From assembly GCA_964544335.1 (NCBI GenBank), contig CAZJAJ010000004.1:67689-131688 (forward strand): a stretch of 64,000 nt of DNA. The letters are read 5' to 3'. The position numbers and the translations under genes were made by a program. Source of the stretch: an uncultured Methanosarcinales archaeon (GTDB lineage Archaea; Nanobdellota; Nanobdellia; Woesearchaeales; JABIAG01). Below, in pieces: positions 37,582-47,149 of the stretch. The notes beneath the pieces were generated by a model that made no database searches, was not told the origin of the DNA, and worked only from the letters and a program-made list of their open reading frames with translations. How positions within the stretch are numbered: the first letter of the stretch is position 1; every line of letters starts with the position of its first letter.

Positions 37582-38463
37582 CTAGGAAAACCAGTGACTG
37601 GATTTTACATTAAATCGGTTTCCTGACATTCTGGAATGATGTGGGTCAGTTTCTAAATGATCTATTGCAATGCCAATACTAAGTGCATCGCTTTCGAAAT
37701 CAGGATTTTCTTCCATTACAACTGTTCTGTACTGAACAATACTCATTTTGTTTGCACGCATTGAAGTATCATAACCACCTATTGTTATTACCATTGGGTT
37801 TGGTGCTTCACCCTTTCCTTTTTCATGATTATACATTCGCATGGCATACATCTCTTGAAGTGCTACCGGAGATGGAATCGGTTTTCCACTTTGTACTACG
37901 ATAGATAGTATTGGAAACGTTTCTTCCATGTTTAAATTGCCCATTGAATGACTTGTTGTTTTATTTGATGCAGTTAGATCTAATTCCACCATGGATGCTT
38001 CCTTAACTAGACGTTCTATTTCACCATCTATTTTTTTTGCCTCTTCTTCAGGCATGTTTGATTTTATTCTTAGGAGTGCTGATTTTGCTTGAGCTGTTGC
38101 TTGATGTGCATAAGAAATATTTTGATTAGGATCAAGCATATATACTTCACTTTTTCCACCAATGTGTGAAAATGGATGGTACATGATACCTTGATTATGT
38201 GAAAAGAACGCTTGCATGCCATGTACTCGTTTGGTTTTTTTCGTCCTTTGAATGAGTGTTTTTATTGCATATACTACTTCGGGACTTTCTAATTCATCAA
38301 AAATGCTTCTTTGTGCAAAGGTCCCTTCTTGGTGTACCATGAGCGGATCCATATTTGTTTTAAGGAAGTATCCTTTTGTAAGATCGTGTTCTGTTGCAAG
38401 TTTTTGCCCCGATTCATCTTTTTGGGCAAGTTTTTTGACAAATTCTCCAAGATCAATAATCAT
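37582..38463 (-). CDS. hypothetical protein
   Basis: 293-aa ORF, no family recognised. Confidence 0.6.
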   Translation of the reverse strand: MIIDLGEFVKKLAQKDESGQKLATEHDLTKGYFLKTNMDPLMVHQEGTFAQRSIFDELESPEVVYAIKTLIQRTKKTKRVHGMQAFFSHNQGIMYHPFSHIGGKSEVYMLDPNQNISYAHQATAQAKSALLRIKSNMPEEEAKKIDGEIERLVKEASMVELDLTASNKTTSHSMGNLNMEETFPILSIVVQSGKPIPSPVALQEMYAMRMYNHEKGKGEAPNPMVITIGGYDTSMRANKMSIVQYRTVVMEENPDFESDALSIGIAIDHLETDPHHSRMSGNRFNVKSSHWFS

Positions 38464-38551
38464 AATGAAGGCAAAGAAGTAATGAGCATTTAAAAAGGAT
38501 CGTGCTATCTATGTGATAAAATATATAAACGTCTCTTTGGTTGTAAACGTC

Positions 38552-41500
38552 ATGAAATACGACTTCAAGGTGATCGAAGAGGCATCACATGCATTCTGGA
38601 AGCAACATGACATCTACAACAAGGTGAAGATGGCAAAGAAGGGCGGTAAAAAGTTCTTCTTTTTGCAAGGTCCACCATATACTTCTGGAAATATTCATAT
38701 TGGTCATGCATGGAATGCGGCTTTGAAGGATATGGCACTTCGTTATAGACGTATGCAAGGTTTTGATGTATGGGATCGATGGGGCTATGATATGCATGGT
38801 CTTCCAACTGAGAATAAAGTACAGAAGAAACTTGGTCTTAAGACAAAGGAAGATATTATTGCGTATGGCCTTGATAAGTTCCAAAAGGAATGTTATGATT
38901 TTTGTATGACATATGCAAAAACGATGAATGAAGATTTTACGAATCTTGGACTTTGGGTTGATTATGAGAATGCATACTTGCCCATTACACCATCATTTAT
39001 TTCAGGTGAGTGGGCCTTGATTAAGAAAGCTCACACTTCTGGACGTTTGTATAAGGGTAAAAAAGTAATGACGTGGGATGCTGAGACAGAAACTGCTCAT
39101 GCAAAACACGAACTGGAATATGAAACGGTTACTGATACCTCCATTTATGTGAAGTTTAAGGTTGCTGAAAGGGATGAATTTCTTGTTATTTGGACAACAA
39201 CACCTTGGACTATTCCATTTAACATGGGTGTTATGGTAAATCCTACTAAAGAATATGTTCGCGTAGATGCTTCTGGTGAAACATGGATTGTTGCAAAAGA
39301 TCTTGTTGAGAGTGTAAGTGAGGTTGCTAAACAAGAACTTACTATTAAAGAGGAATTCTTAGGTAAAGCACTTGAAGGTGTAAAATATATTCACCCACTT
39401 AAAGATAAAATTCCTGCATTTGCTGAAATGAATTTTGAAAAGTTACATACGGTGTTACTTTCAGAACAATTTGTTGATACCACTTCAGGTACTGGACTTG
39501 TGCATTGTGCACCTGGATGTGGTCCTGAAGATTATGAAGTGGGTCGTGCGTATGGTCTTGAAGCATTTAACTATGTGAATGAACAAGGCGTGTTTGAACA
39601 TATGGGCGCTCTTGATGGTCTTCGTGCAAAAGTTGATGATCAACAATTTATTGATAAGCTTAATGAGGTTGGCGCTCTTGTTGCAAAGAGAAAGATCACA
39701 CATGAGTATCCGCACTCATGGAGAAGTCACAAGCCAATTATTTTTAGAACAACAGAACAGTGGTTTATGAAAGTGGAAGATCTTCGTGAGAATTTACTTT
39801 CACAGAATAAGGCTGTTGAGTGGAATCCTGATATTATTAACAACACGTTTGAAAGTTGGATTGGTAATCTTAAGGACAATGCGATTACACGTCAACGATT
39901 TTGGGGTTGTCCTGTTCCTATTTGGGAAGATGAAGATGGTAATGTGGAAGTAATTGGTTCTCTTGAAGAGCTTAAGCAAAAAGCGATTACTCCTGTGCCT
40001 GAAGATTTACATATTCCGCACATTGATAGTGTTAAGTTAAAGAGTTCTTCTGGAAAAGAGATGACTCGTGTTCCAGATGTACTTGATGTGTGGCTTGATG
40101 CTGGTTCTGTGTCATGGAATGCTCTGAACTATCCTCATGAAACTAAAGACTTTGATGAGTTGTTTCCTGCTGATTTAATTATCGAGGGTGCTGATCAGGC
40201 ACGATTGTGGTTTACGATGCTGCAAATTTGTAGCGCTATTATGTTTGATGAAACAGCGTACAAGAACGTATACTCACATGGAATGATTCTTGATTTTAAT
40301 GGAGAGAAGATGAGTAAGTCCCTTGGGAATGTTATTAGTCCTAATGAAGTGATTGACAAAGTAGGCGCTGATGTCTTTAGGTATTATGTGTGTGAAACCA
40401 CACCTGGTCAAAATATTAACTTTACTTGGGATGAACTTACACTTAAGCAACGTAATATGAATGTGCTGTGGAATATGCACAATTATTTACTTGATTTACA
40501 TGCACATCTTCCTTTGGGTGAACCTGCTGAGAGAGATGTTGAAGAACGCTACATCATTAGTAGGCTAAATAGTACTATTAAGAGCGTTACTGAAGCGTAT
40601 GACAATAATCAATTTGATAAAGTGTCAAAACGTATTGAAGACTTTTATTTAGATCTGAGTAGAACCTACATCCAACTTGTTCGTGATAAGGCAACGGTTG
40701 GAACTGATGAGGAGAAACTACTGGTGTATGATACGCTTCGTAAGTGTATTGATGGCGTACTTCGTATGCTTTCTACTGTGTGTCCTATGACGTGCGAGCA
40801 GATGTATTTGAATTTGAAAAAGGTGTATGCTGCTGATGAAGAGAGTGTTCACATGCTCCCATGGCCTAAGGCTGATGAAAGTCTCATTGATGAACAACTT
40901 GAAATGGAGATGGATGTGTTTGGTTCTCTTCTTCAAGCAGGTCTTGCTGGACGTGAAGAAGCAAAACTGGGTCTGAGATGGCCAATTAAGCAACTGATTA
41001 TTGAAAGCAGTGATGCAAGCGTTGTTGATATGATGCAACATGTTGATGGACTTATTCGAAAACAATTGAATGTGAAAAATATTGCACTTGTTGATGCACT
41101 TGAAGGTGTTTCTTATAACGTGAAGGTGAATCATAAAACACTTGGCAAGAAATATGGCAAGGATCTTCCTAAAATCATTCAAAACATTGGTGAGGGCGAG
41201 CCGCATGAACTGTATGCAAATATTGTTGGAAGTGGTAGCTTGACAATTGATGTTGAGGGAACTGAATTTGTTATTGAAAAAGATGATTTGATCTTTGATA
41301 AGCAAGCGCCTGAACATTTGAAAGGGAGTTCATTTAGTTTAGGTAATGTGTATGTTGATACAACTCGAACGCCTGAACTTGACGCTGAAGGGTATGCGCG
41401 TGAAGTAATGCGACGTGTGCAACAACTGCGTAAAAATGATGGTCTTGAGCGAAAGGATAGAATTAATTTACATATTAAGACAGATCTTGAAGGATTTGAT

Positions 41501-41638
41501 TTGTATTCAGAACATATTAAAGATAAATGTGGTGTTGCACAGTTGGTTATTGGATCAGGTGATGCTTCCTACATGCCAAAAGATACGTTTGAAGTTAAAG
41601 GTAAGACGTTTGGTCTAAGTTATGATATTGTGCAGTAA
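38552..41638 (+). CDS. ileS: isoleucine--tRNA ligase
   Basis: GPPYTSGNIHIGH, GTGLVHCAPG editing motif, RQRFWG, KMSKS; start taken at MKYDF (38552). Confidence 0.95.
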   Translation: MKYDFKVIEEASHAFWKQHDIYNKVKMAKKGGKKFFFLQGPPYTSGNIHIGHAWNAALKDMALRYRRMQGFDVWDRWGYDMHGLPTENKVQKKLGLKTKEDIIAYGLDKFQKECYDFCMTYAKTMNEDFTNLGLWVDYENAYLPITPSFISGEWALIKKAHTSGRLYKGKKVMTWDAETETAHAKHELEYETVTDTSIYVKFKVAERDEFLVIWTTTPWTIPFNMGVMVNPTKEYVRVDASGETWIVAKDLVESVSEVAKQELTIKEEFLGKALEGVKYIHPLKDKIPAFAEMNFEKLHTVLLSEQFVDTTSGTGLVHCAPGCGPEDYEVGRAYGLEAFNYVNEQGVFEHMGALDGLRAKVDDQQFIDKLNEVGALVAKRKITHEYPHSWRSHKPIIFRTTEQWFMKVEDLRENLLSQNKAVEWNPDIINNTFESWIGNLKDNAITRQRFWGCPVPIWEDEDGNVEVIGSLEELKQKAITPVPEDLHIPHIDSVKLKSSSGKEMTRVPDVLDVWLDAGSVSWNALNYPHETKDFDELFPADLIIEGADQARLWFTMLQICSAIMFDETAYKNVYSHGMILDFNGEKMSKSLGNVISPNEVIDKVGADVFRYYVCETTPGQNINFTWDELTLKQRNMNVLWNMHNYLLDLHAHLPLGEPAERDVEERYIISRLNSTIKSVTEAYDNNQFDKVSKRIEDFYLDLSRTYIQLVRDKATVGTDEEKLLVYDTLRKCIDGVLRMLSTVCPMTCEQMYLNLKKVYAADEESVHMLPWPKADESLIDEQLEMEMDVFGSLLQAGLAGREEAKLGLRWPIKQLIIESSDASVVDMMQHVDGLIRKQLNVKNIALVDALEGVSYNVKVNHKTLGKKYGKDLPKIIQNIGEGEPHELYANIVGSGSLTIDVEGTEFVIEKDDLIFDKQAPEHLKGSSFSLGNVYVDTTRTPELDAEGYAREVMRRVQQLRKNDGLERKDRINLHIKTDLEGFDLYSEHIKDKCGVAQLVIGSGDASYMPKDTFEVKGKTFGLSYDIVQ

Positions 41639-41685
41639 GTATGAAAAACACATACTTTAAATACTGCTAATAACATTTAGGTATA

Positions 41686-42156
41686 ATGGCACAAAAAGTG
41701 AGCAAAGATACACCGATTGCGGAGATTACGCTGCGTAAATATGAGCGTCCGGATGGTGTTGAAGGTCGTGAACTGGTGCGTAAATTATGTCTTTCTGTTG
41801 GGCTTTTGCAGCCTGGCGATTCTCGTGATGTGATTGTTGATATTTTACATGTACTGCTTGATGCACAGAAGAAAAAATTGTTACTTAATTCTGAAGAAAT
41901 TCGGTATGAGGTTACGAAGAATCGTAAAAAAAGAAAATTACCTATGCTAGGTATTGCAAGTTCTAATATTCGAAGGCAACTACTTCGACTTCGGGATTTG
42001 TTTATTGTTGAGAAAGTTGCGAATCAGTATCGTATTAATGAAAATGAATCTCTTGATAATATTTTTAAGGAAAAAATTAAACGCTATTATTTGACAAGTA
42101 TTACTGAGCGTGTTGAAGAGTATGTGAAAGCCATTTCACAGATGCAAAAAAAATGA
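41686..42156 (+). CDS. conserved hypothetical protein, possible wHTH
   Basis: EITLRKYERP...LGLLQPGDSRD...SNIRRQLLRLRDL pattern. Confidence 0.65.
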   Translation: MAQKVSKDTPIAEITLRKYERPDGVEGRELVRKLCLSVGLLQPGDSRDVIVDILHVLLDAQKKKLLLNSEEIRYEVTKNRKKRKLPMLGIASSNIRRQLLRLRDLFIVEKVANQYRINENESLDNIFKEKIKRYYLTSITERVEEYVKAISQMQKK

Positions 42157-42680
42157 AGCCTGTGTATGAACCGCGGGAAGATTCTTATCTGTTATTGAAA
42201 CATATCAAAGAGTTTGCCAAGGGACGTATTTGTGATATGGGAACCGGCAGTGGTATTTTAGGTGAAGAGGCACGTAAATTTGGTGAAGTGGTGTGTGTTG
42301 ATGTGAATCCTGCTGCACTTGAAGAAAGTAAAAAGAGAAATGGCGATGGTGCTACGTATGTGCTTTCTGATTTGTTTAGTGATGTATCTGGTAAGTTTGA
42401 TTTGATTATGTTTAATACTCCATACTTGCCACAGGACGAGCATGATATTGAAGATGTGGGCATTTATGGTGGGAAGGAAGGGTATGAAGTGATTGTGCGA
42501 TTTTTAGAAGAGGCTAAAGATCATTTGAATTCTGGTGGCGTTATTTTAATGTTATTTAGTTCGTTTAGTAAGCCCGATGTTATTTGCAAGAAGATGGATG
42601 AACTTGGGTATTCGTATTCTGTGCTTGATCAGGAGCATGTGAGTTTTGAGGATTTATTGTTGTATAAGGTGTGGCTATGA
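42153..42680 (+). CDS. HemK2-type N5-glutamine methyltransferase
   Basis: VYEPREDSYLL, DMGTGSG, FNTPYLP, GGKEG. Confidence 0.9.
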   Translation: MKPVYEPREDSYLLLKHIKEFAKGRICDMGTGSGILGEEARKFGEVVCVDVNPAALEESKKRNGDGATYVLSDLFSDVSGKFDLIMFNTPYLPQDEHDIEDVGIYGGKEGYEVIVRFLEEAKDHLNSGGVILMLFSSFSKPDVICKKMDELGYSYSVLDQEHVSFEDLLLYKVWL

Positions 42681-43267
42681 AGATTAGTGGCGTTACACAG
42701 ATTACATACTTGGCAAAGGGTTCTCGCGGTCTTGTGTATACTGGAGTGTTTCGTGGAAAGAAGGTTGGTATTAAGGCACGCAACCCCACGTCAAAGGCAT
42801 CACTTACGCTTGCAAAGGAAGCATCTATGCTGCAAAAGGTAAATGCACTTGGCATTGGTCCTACGTTCTTGCGTCTTGGAAAGCATTATGTAATGTATGT
42901 GTTTGTTGAAGGGGTGCATATGGATGTGTGGGAGAAGACGGCAACTGATGTGCAAAAGAAACGTGTGTACAAGCGATTGTTTGCGCAGTGTTATGCGATG
43001 GACAAGATGGGACTGAATAAAGAAGAGATGCTTCGTCCGTATTCTAATGTAATTATTACAAAGGGCAATATTCCTGTGCTGATTGATTTTGAGCGAGCTC
43101 ATTTTAGTGAGCAGCCAAAGAATGTGACGCAGTTTGCATCCTATGTGATTAGTAAGTGTGGATTTAATAGTCTTAAGAAGAAAGAACTTTATAAGCTCAG
43201 TTCGCTGTATAAGCCAAATCCATCAAAAAAAATGTTTGATGAGCTTGTAAGAAAATGTCTACAGTAA
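42677..43267 (+). CDS. atypical Ser/Thr protein kinase-like protein
   Basis: KGSRGLVY Gly loop, VGIK, GIGP, NVII, LIDFE; ATGA overlap with the HemK2 gene. Confidence 0.75.
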   Translation: MKISGVTQITYLAKGSRGLVYTGVFRGKKVGIKARNPTSKASLTLAKEASMLQKVNALGIGPTFLRLGKHYVMYVFVEGVHMDVWEKTATDVQKKRVYKRLFAQCYAMDKMGLNKEEMLRPYSNVIITKGNIPVLIDFERAHFSEQPKNVTQFASYVISKCGFNSLKKKELYKLSSLYKPNPSKKMFDELVRKCLQ

Positions 43268-43962
43268 ATAACACTCATATTGATCAAAATTTTGTAGATA
43301 GAAGAACTAAGCGTCTTTTTGTGTGCCATGCTAAGAAGTTTATTTTTGCTGAAATACCAAAAGCAGGTTGTAGTTCTCTTAAATATGCCATTTTACAGCA
43401 TGATTTTCCAAAGCGTCTTACTAAAAACATTGACCAGATTCATAATCGGGTTGGTTATTATTTTAGTAATCCCAATGTAATTTCAACAGATGATTTAAAT
43501 CTTGAAAAATTTAAAGATTATACCACTTTCATAGTGTATCGAGATCCTGTTAAGAGGTTTTCTTCATTTTATAATGAAAAGATATGCTCAGATAGAACTA
43601 AATCAGTGTTTGTTGAAGATAATCATGCAAAAGGAATGAGTCCCATGCAGGTTCTTGATTTAGTTAAGAAGGAATTTCAAAAACCAATCCATAGACAAGA
43701 ACCTCATGTTCGTAAACAGATTCTATCTCATACTATACCTTTTGATTATGTGGTTGATTTAGGTGATCTTAATATGTTCATGAAAGAAAAGTTTGATGTT
43801 AGTCTTAAGGTATTAAATGCTAAGAAAAAGAGATATAGACTTACTGAGAAAGAAGCAGAGAGAGTAAAAGAGATATATGCTGATGATTATGCTATCAAGG
43901 TAACTTATCATCCGAAAACTGAAACTTTTTTTTCTCGTATACTAAAGAAGTTATTGAATTAA
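43255..43962 (+). CDS. sulfotransferase (Sulfotransfer_2-like)
   Basis: IPKAGCSS 5'-PSB and RDPVKRFSSFY 3'-PB motifs. Confidence 0.85.
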   Translation: MSTVNNTHIDQNFVDRRTKRLFVCHAKKFIFAEIPKAGCSSLKYAILQHDFPKRLTKNIDQIHNRVGYYFSNPNVISTDDLNLEKFKDYTTFIVYRDPVKRFSSFYNEKICSDRTKSVFVEDNHAKGMSPMQVLDLVKKEFQKPIHRQEPHVRKQILSHTIPFDYVVDLGDLNMFMKEKFDVSLKVLNAKKKRYRLTEKEAERVKEIYADDYAIKVTYHPKTETFFSRILKKLLN

Positions 43963-44361
43963 GTTGATGTTTTGATTGATCACTGTTGGGTTCATGCCAA
44001 TTAATTCATCTGTGAAGATAGATTGTGGTATTGGATTGTAAAGATAAATTTTCTTTTTCATTCTCCATGCAGTGTAGATTTCAAGAAATGTTGCGCCACC
44101 AATGTAGTTTTGCTGTCCGTTTTTTTCAAGATTGAGAATTAATGCTGCATCCGTTGGGGCGATGTTTTCTTCGTCTTTTCTGAGCATGGCTTTTTTCCAT
44201 TGTTGATGCTCTTCTTTTGACATGGATTTAAAGCGTTCTTCTTGCATGGGCTCTTCGTAGCTGTTTGGCAGGGTTACTTCGTGCCCGTTTGCTTCAAGTT
44301 GCTCTTTTATTTCTGGAATGTGTTGGTAGAAATGTTTTGAGCAGCCAATGAATATCTTCAT
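43951..44361 (-). CDS. nucleoside 2-deoxyribosyltransferase-like protein
   Basis: MKIFIGCS...DAALILN...YIGGATFLEI...KKIYL pattern. Confidence 0.55.
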   Translation of the reverse strand: MKIFIGCSKHFYQHIPEIKEQLEANGHEVTLPNSYEEPMQEERFKSMSKEEHQQWKKAMLRKDEENIAPTDAALILNLEKNGQQNYIGGATFLEIYTAWRMKKKIYLYNPIPQSIFTDELIGMNPTVINQNINLIQ

Positions 44362-45278
44362 TTTTTCTTAGATTTCTTGAGTTCTTTTTCAAGACCAAGC
44401 TTTTCTAGGAGTTCTTTGTACCTATTTCTAATGGTTACTTCAGTTACGCCTGCAACATCTGCTACTTCTCGCTGTGTTCTTCGCTCGTTGTGAAGAAGTG
44501 CTGAGACATAGAGTGCTGCTGCTGCAATTCCTGTTGGTCCTCGTCCTGAGGTAAGTTCTTTCTTTTGTGCTTGTTCTAGCACTTTGATTGCACGTGATTG
44601 TGCTTCAGGACTGAGCTTTAGTGCACTTGCAAATCTGCTAATGTAATCAACAGGATTTGATGGTAAGATACTAATCCCTAGTTCTCTTGTGATAAAACGG
44701 TATGTTCGTCCGATTTCTTTTTTATCAATATTTGATGCTTCTGAGAGTTCATCAAGTGTTCGTGGCACTTCGTGACGTCTACATGCTGCATAGAGTGCTC
44801 CTGCTGCAACGCTTTCCATTGATCGTCCTCGTACGAGTCCTCGTTGTACTGCAAGGGTGTAGATTCTTGCTGCTTCTTCTTCTACCGAAGCTGGGAGTCT
44901 TAGATAGGAAGATACTCGTTTTAATTCAGATAATGCAAGTTTAAGATTTCGTTCAATAGCCGTTGAGATTCTGTACTGCCATTTTCTTAGACGCATGAAT
45001 TTATTTCGGGATTTTTGTCCCATAGAAAATAAGTCGCCACGTTGACCAATTTCTGTCCCAAGACCTCTGTCATATTGTGTATAGGTCATTGGCGCGCCTG
45101 TTCTTCGCTTTTTATCAGCATCAGCGCTGTCGCCTTCGGTCCATTCCTGACCAAAGTCAACCATTTTTTCTTCTATTACAAGACCGCAGTCTCTACAAGC
45201 GATTTCACCTTTTTCTCGATTAATCGTTAGATTTACACTACTACATTCTGGACACTTTCTAATATATTCTCTACTCAT
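44358..45278 (-). CDS. tfb: transcription initiation factor IIB
   Basis: CPEC/CRDC zinc ribbon, RRTGAP, two cyclin repeats, TEVTIRNRYKEL; start taken at 45278. Confidence 0.97.
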   Translation of the reverse strand: MSREYIRKCPECSSVNLTINREKGEIACRDCGLVIEEKMVDFGQEWTEGDSADADKKRRTGAPMTYTQYDRGLGTEIGQRGDLFSMGQKSRNKFMRLRKWQYRISTAIERNLKLALSELKRVSSYLRLPASVEEEAARIYTLAVQRGLVRGRSMESVAAGALYAACRRHEVPRTLDELSEASNIDKKEIGRTYRFITRELGISILPSNPVDYISRFASALKLSPEAQSRAIKVLEQAQKKELTSGRGPTGIAAAALYVSALLHNERRTQREVADVAGVTEVTIRNRYKELLEKLGLEKELKKSKKK

Positions 45279-45481
45279 ACTGTGCTTCCCCCCAGTTGCA
45301 CCCATAAACTATATATATGAGATCGTGCCTTAGTTTATAAAGATTACGTATTTCTTGGTGTTTTTTTGCCGTTTATGACCCCTATTTCCGATACTACTGG
45401 TAATAGCAGGAGTTTCTATATTGTTGTTTATGTCAATTAGATTTAAATAGGGGAGTTGTCACCCAATGTAAATACGCTTAT

Positions 45482-45579
45482 GCCGTGATCGCATAATCTG
45501 GTATTGCGCCGGTCTTGAAGGAACATCCTAGAGAACCGGTTTCCGAAAGGATATCCCGGTTCAAATCCGGGTCACGGCG
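45482..45579 (+). tRNA. tRNA-Ser(TGA) with 14-nt intron at 37/38 (45520-45533); CCA not encoded
   Basis: GCCGTGA/TCACGGC, CCGGT-CT-TGA-A|A-ACCGG, long variable arm, CCCGG-TTCAAAT-CCGGG, G73. Confidence 0.95.
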
Positions 45580-45687
45580 TTTCTTTTCTAAAGGATTTGA
45601 ACCTCCGGTTCATCCTCAAAAATCTTTAATTTTTGGTACCTCGCTCATTTCATTTGCAAGGAATCCGGGTCACGGCGTTTCTTTTCT
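45564..45687 (+). repeat. 26-bp direct repeat of the tRNA-Ser 3' end (45564-45589, 45662-45687)
   Basis: aatccgggtcacggcgtttcttttct occurs twice, 98 bp apart. Confidence 0.9.
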
Positions 45688-45821
45688 CATGATAAACCAT
45701 ACTTAGGTCCACGTCCAGGGTATGTTGAGCATCCTAGAAAAGAATAATTGATTGATTCTTATAAAGATATTTTCCTCATAATAATATTTATATACGTCTT
45801 TTCTTGTGATTTTTTGTTACT

Positions 45822-46286
45822 ATGATGAATTACATGGATATTGCAATTGAAGAATCAGTAAAGGGCGTTCATAAAAACCACGGTGGTCCTTTTGGGGCCG
45901 TAATTGTCCATAAGGGAAAGATTATTGCAAAGAACCACAATAGAGTAGTTAAGACAAAAGATCCCACAGCGCACGCTGAAATGCTTGTCATACGAGAAGC
46001 TGCAAAGAAGCTTAAGCGGTTTCATCTTGCTGATTGTGAGTTGTATACTACGTGTGAACCCTGTCCGATGTGTCTTAGCGCTATTTACTGGGCTCGAATT
46101 GAGAAAGTATACTATGGTGCTGGCAAAGAAGATGCAGATGCCATTGGTCTTATTGACAAGGAAATATATAAGATACTTAAGGGAAATCGTTCTTCTAGAA
46201 CTATACAATTAATACAAAAATCAAAGAAAAAATGTGTTGATGTTATGCAAACGTGGGTAAAGAAACTTGATAAAGTAATGTACTAA
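45822..46286 (+). CDS. nucleoside/guanine deaminase (CDA fold)
   Basis: GGPFGAVIV, HAE, PCPMC zinc motifs. Confidence 0.9.
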   Translation: MMNYMDIAIEESVKGVHKNHGGPFGAVIVHKGKIIAKNHNRVVKTKDPTAHAEMLVIREAAKKLKRFHLADCELYTTCEPCPMCLSAIYWARIEKVYYGAGKEDADAIGLIDKEIYKILKGNRSSRTIQLIQKSKKKCVDVMQTWVKKLDKVMY

Positions 46287-46306
46287 ATTAATTCTCTTTT
46301 ATTTAA

Positions 46307-47149
46307 TCATGTGTTTCTTGAGAAGATGTTTTGTATGAGTTCTACTGCCCCGGGGAGGTTCTGATCATTGTACTGCAAGGCATATCCGTTTTTTTGGGAG
46401 AGTTTACAGGCAAAATCAAAGAATTGCTCTTGTGCTTGTCTATTGTCTGGGACGCCCATGTTTTTTGCAACGTTGTCGTTAATGATGTTATTGAGTATTT
46501 GTGGTGAGGAGAGCTTTGTTAGTAGGGGATTATGTTCTTGTTTATAGGTTGGAAATATGAAGATGAGTTGTTTGTGGGTGCTTGTTTTTTGTGACATGGT
46601 GGGATTTTTGATGTTCTTGTCTTCTTGGTTTCGTATGCGTATGGAGGACATGAAGGGAATGATATCAAATCCATTTTGTGTTTCTTTTATGAAGATCATG
46701 TCATCACACTGAAGGTGAAAGCCTTGCGTGCTCATGAGGGTTGAGAGGGTTGATTTTCCTGACATGGATGGTCCTGAGAAAATGATTGATGCACGTTCAT
46801 TGGTCACTAGGGCTCCATGGATACGTTCGTATCCCATTGATGAGAGAATGCTACCTAATGGGCGTTGAATGATCATGTCTGCATCAAGTAGAAATGGGAG
46901 CTCAAGGTAGTTGCCATACACTTTCTTTTGTTTGAAGTCGATAAATGATTGTTCGAACGGAAAGCCGTTCTCTTCTGTGAAGGCGTTTTCTTTTTTGGTT
47001 GCAAGATAGAAGGTGATGGTAATTTGATCTTGTTGTTGTGTTTGTAGGTCACAGAGATGTTCTTCTATTATGTCAAGTATGGCCTTGCTGTCTGCGAAAA
47101 CTTCTATTTTGAGTCTATTGGTTTTGAATTCCTTGTAGTGCTCAAACAT
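46307..47149 (-). CDS. HPr kinase-like P-loop kinase (lasso/RiPP-associated type)
   Basis: IHGA, GPSMSGKST P-loop, CDDMIFI; 8-bp overlap with the GT4 gene. Confidence 0.8.
   Translation of the reverse strand: MFEHYKEFKTNRLKIEVFADSKAILDIIEEHLCDLQTQQQDQITITFYLATKKENAFTEENGFPFEQSFIDFKQKKVYGNYLELPFLLDADMIIQRPLGSILSSMGYERIHGALVTNERASIIFSGPSMSGKSTLSTLMSTQGFHLQCDDMIFIKETQNGFDIIPFMSSIRIRNQEDKNIKNPTMSQKTSTHKQLIFIFPTYKQEHNPLLTKLSSPQILNNIINDNVAKNMGVPDNRQAQEQFFDFACKLSQKNGYALQYNDQNLPGAVELIQNIFSRNT

Noticed and set aside
45515-45706. 63-aa ORF; likewise 2863-3054 and 13762-14157
   Set aside because: Overlap tRNA genes or rpoL antisense; spurious
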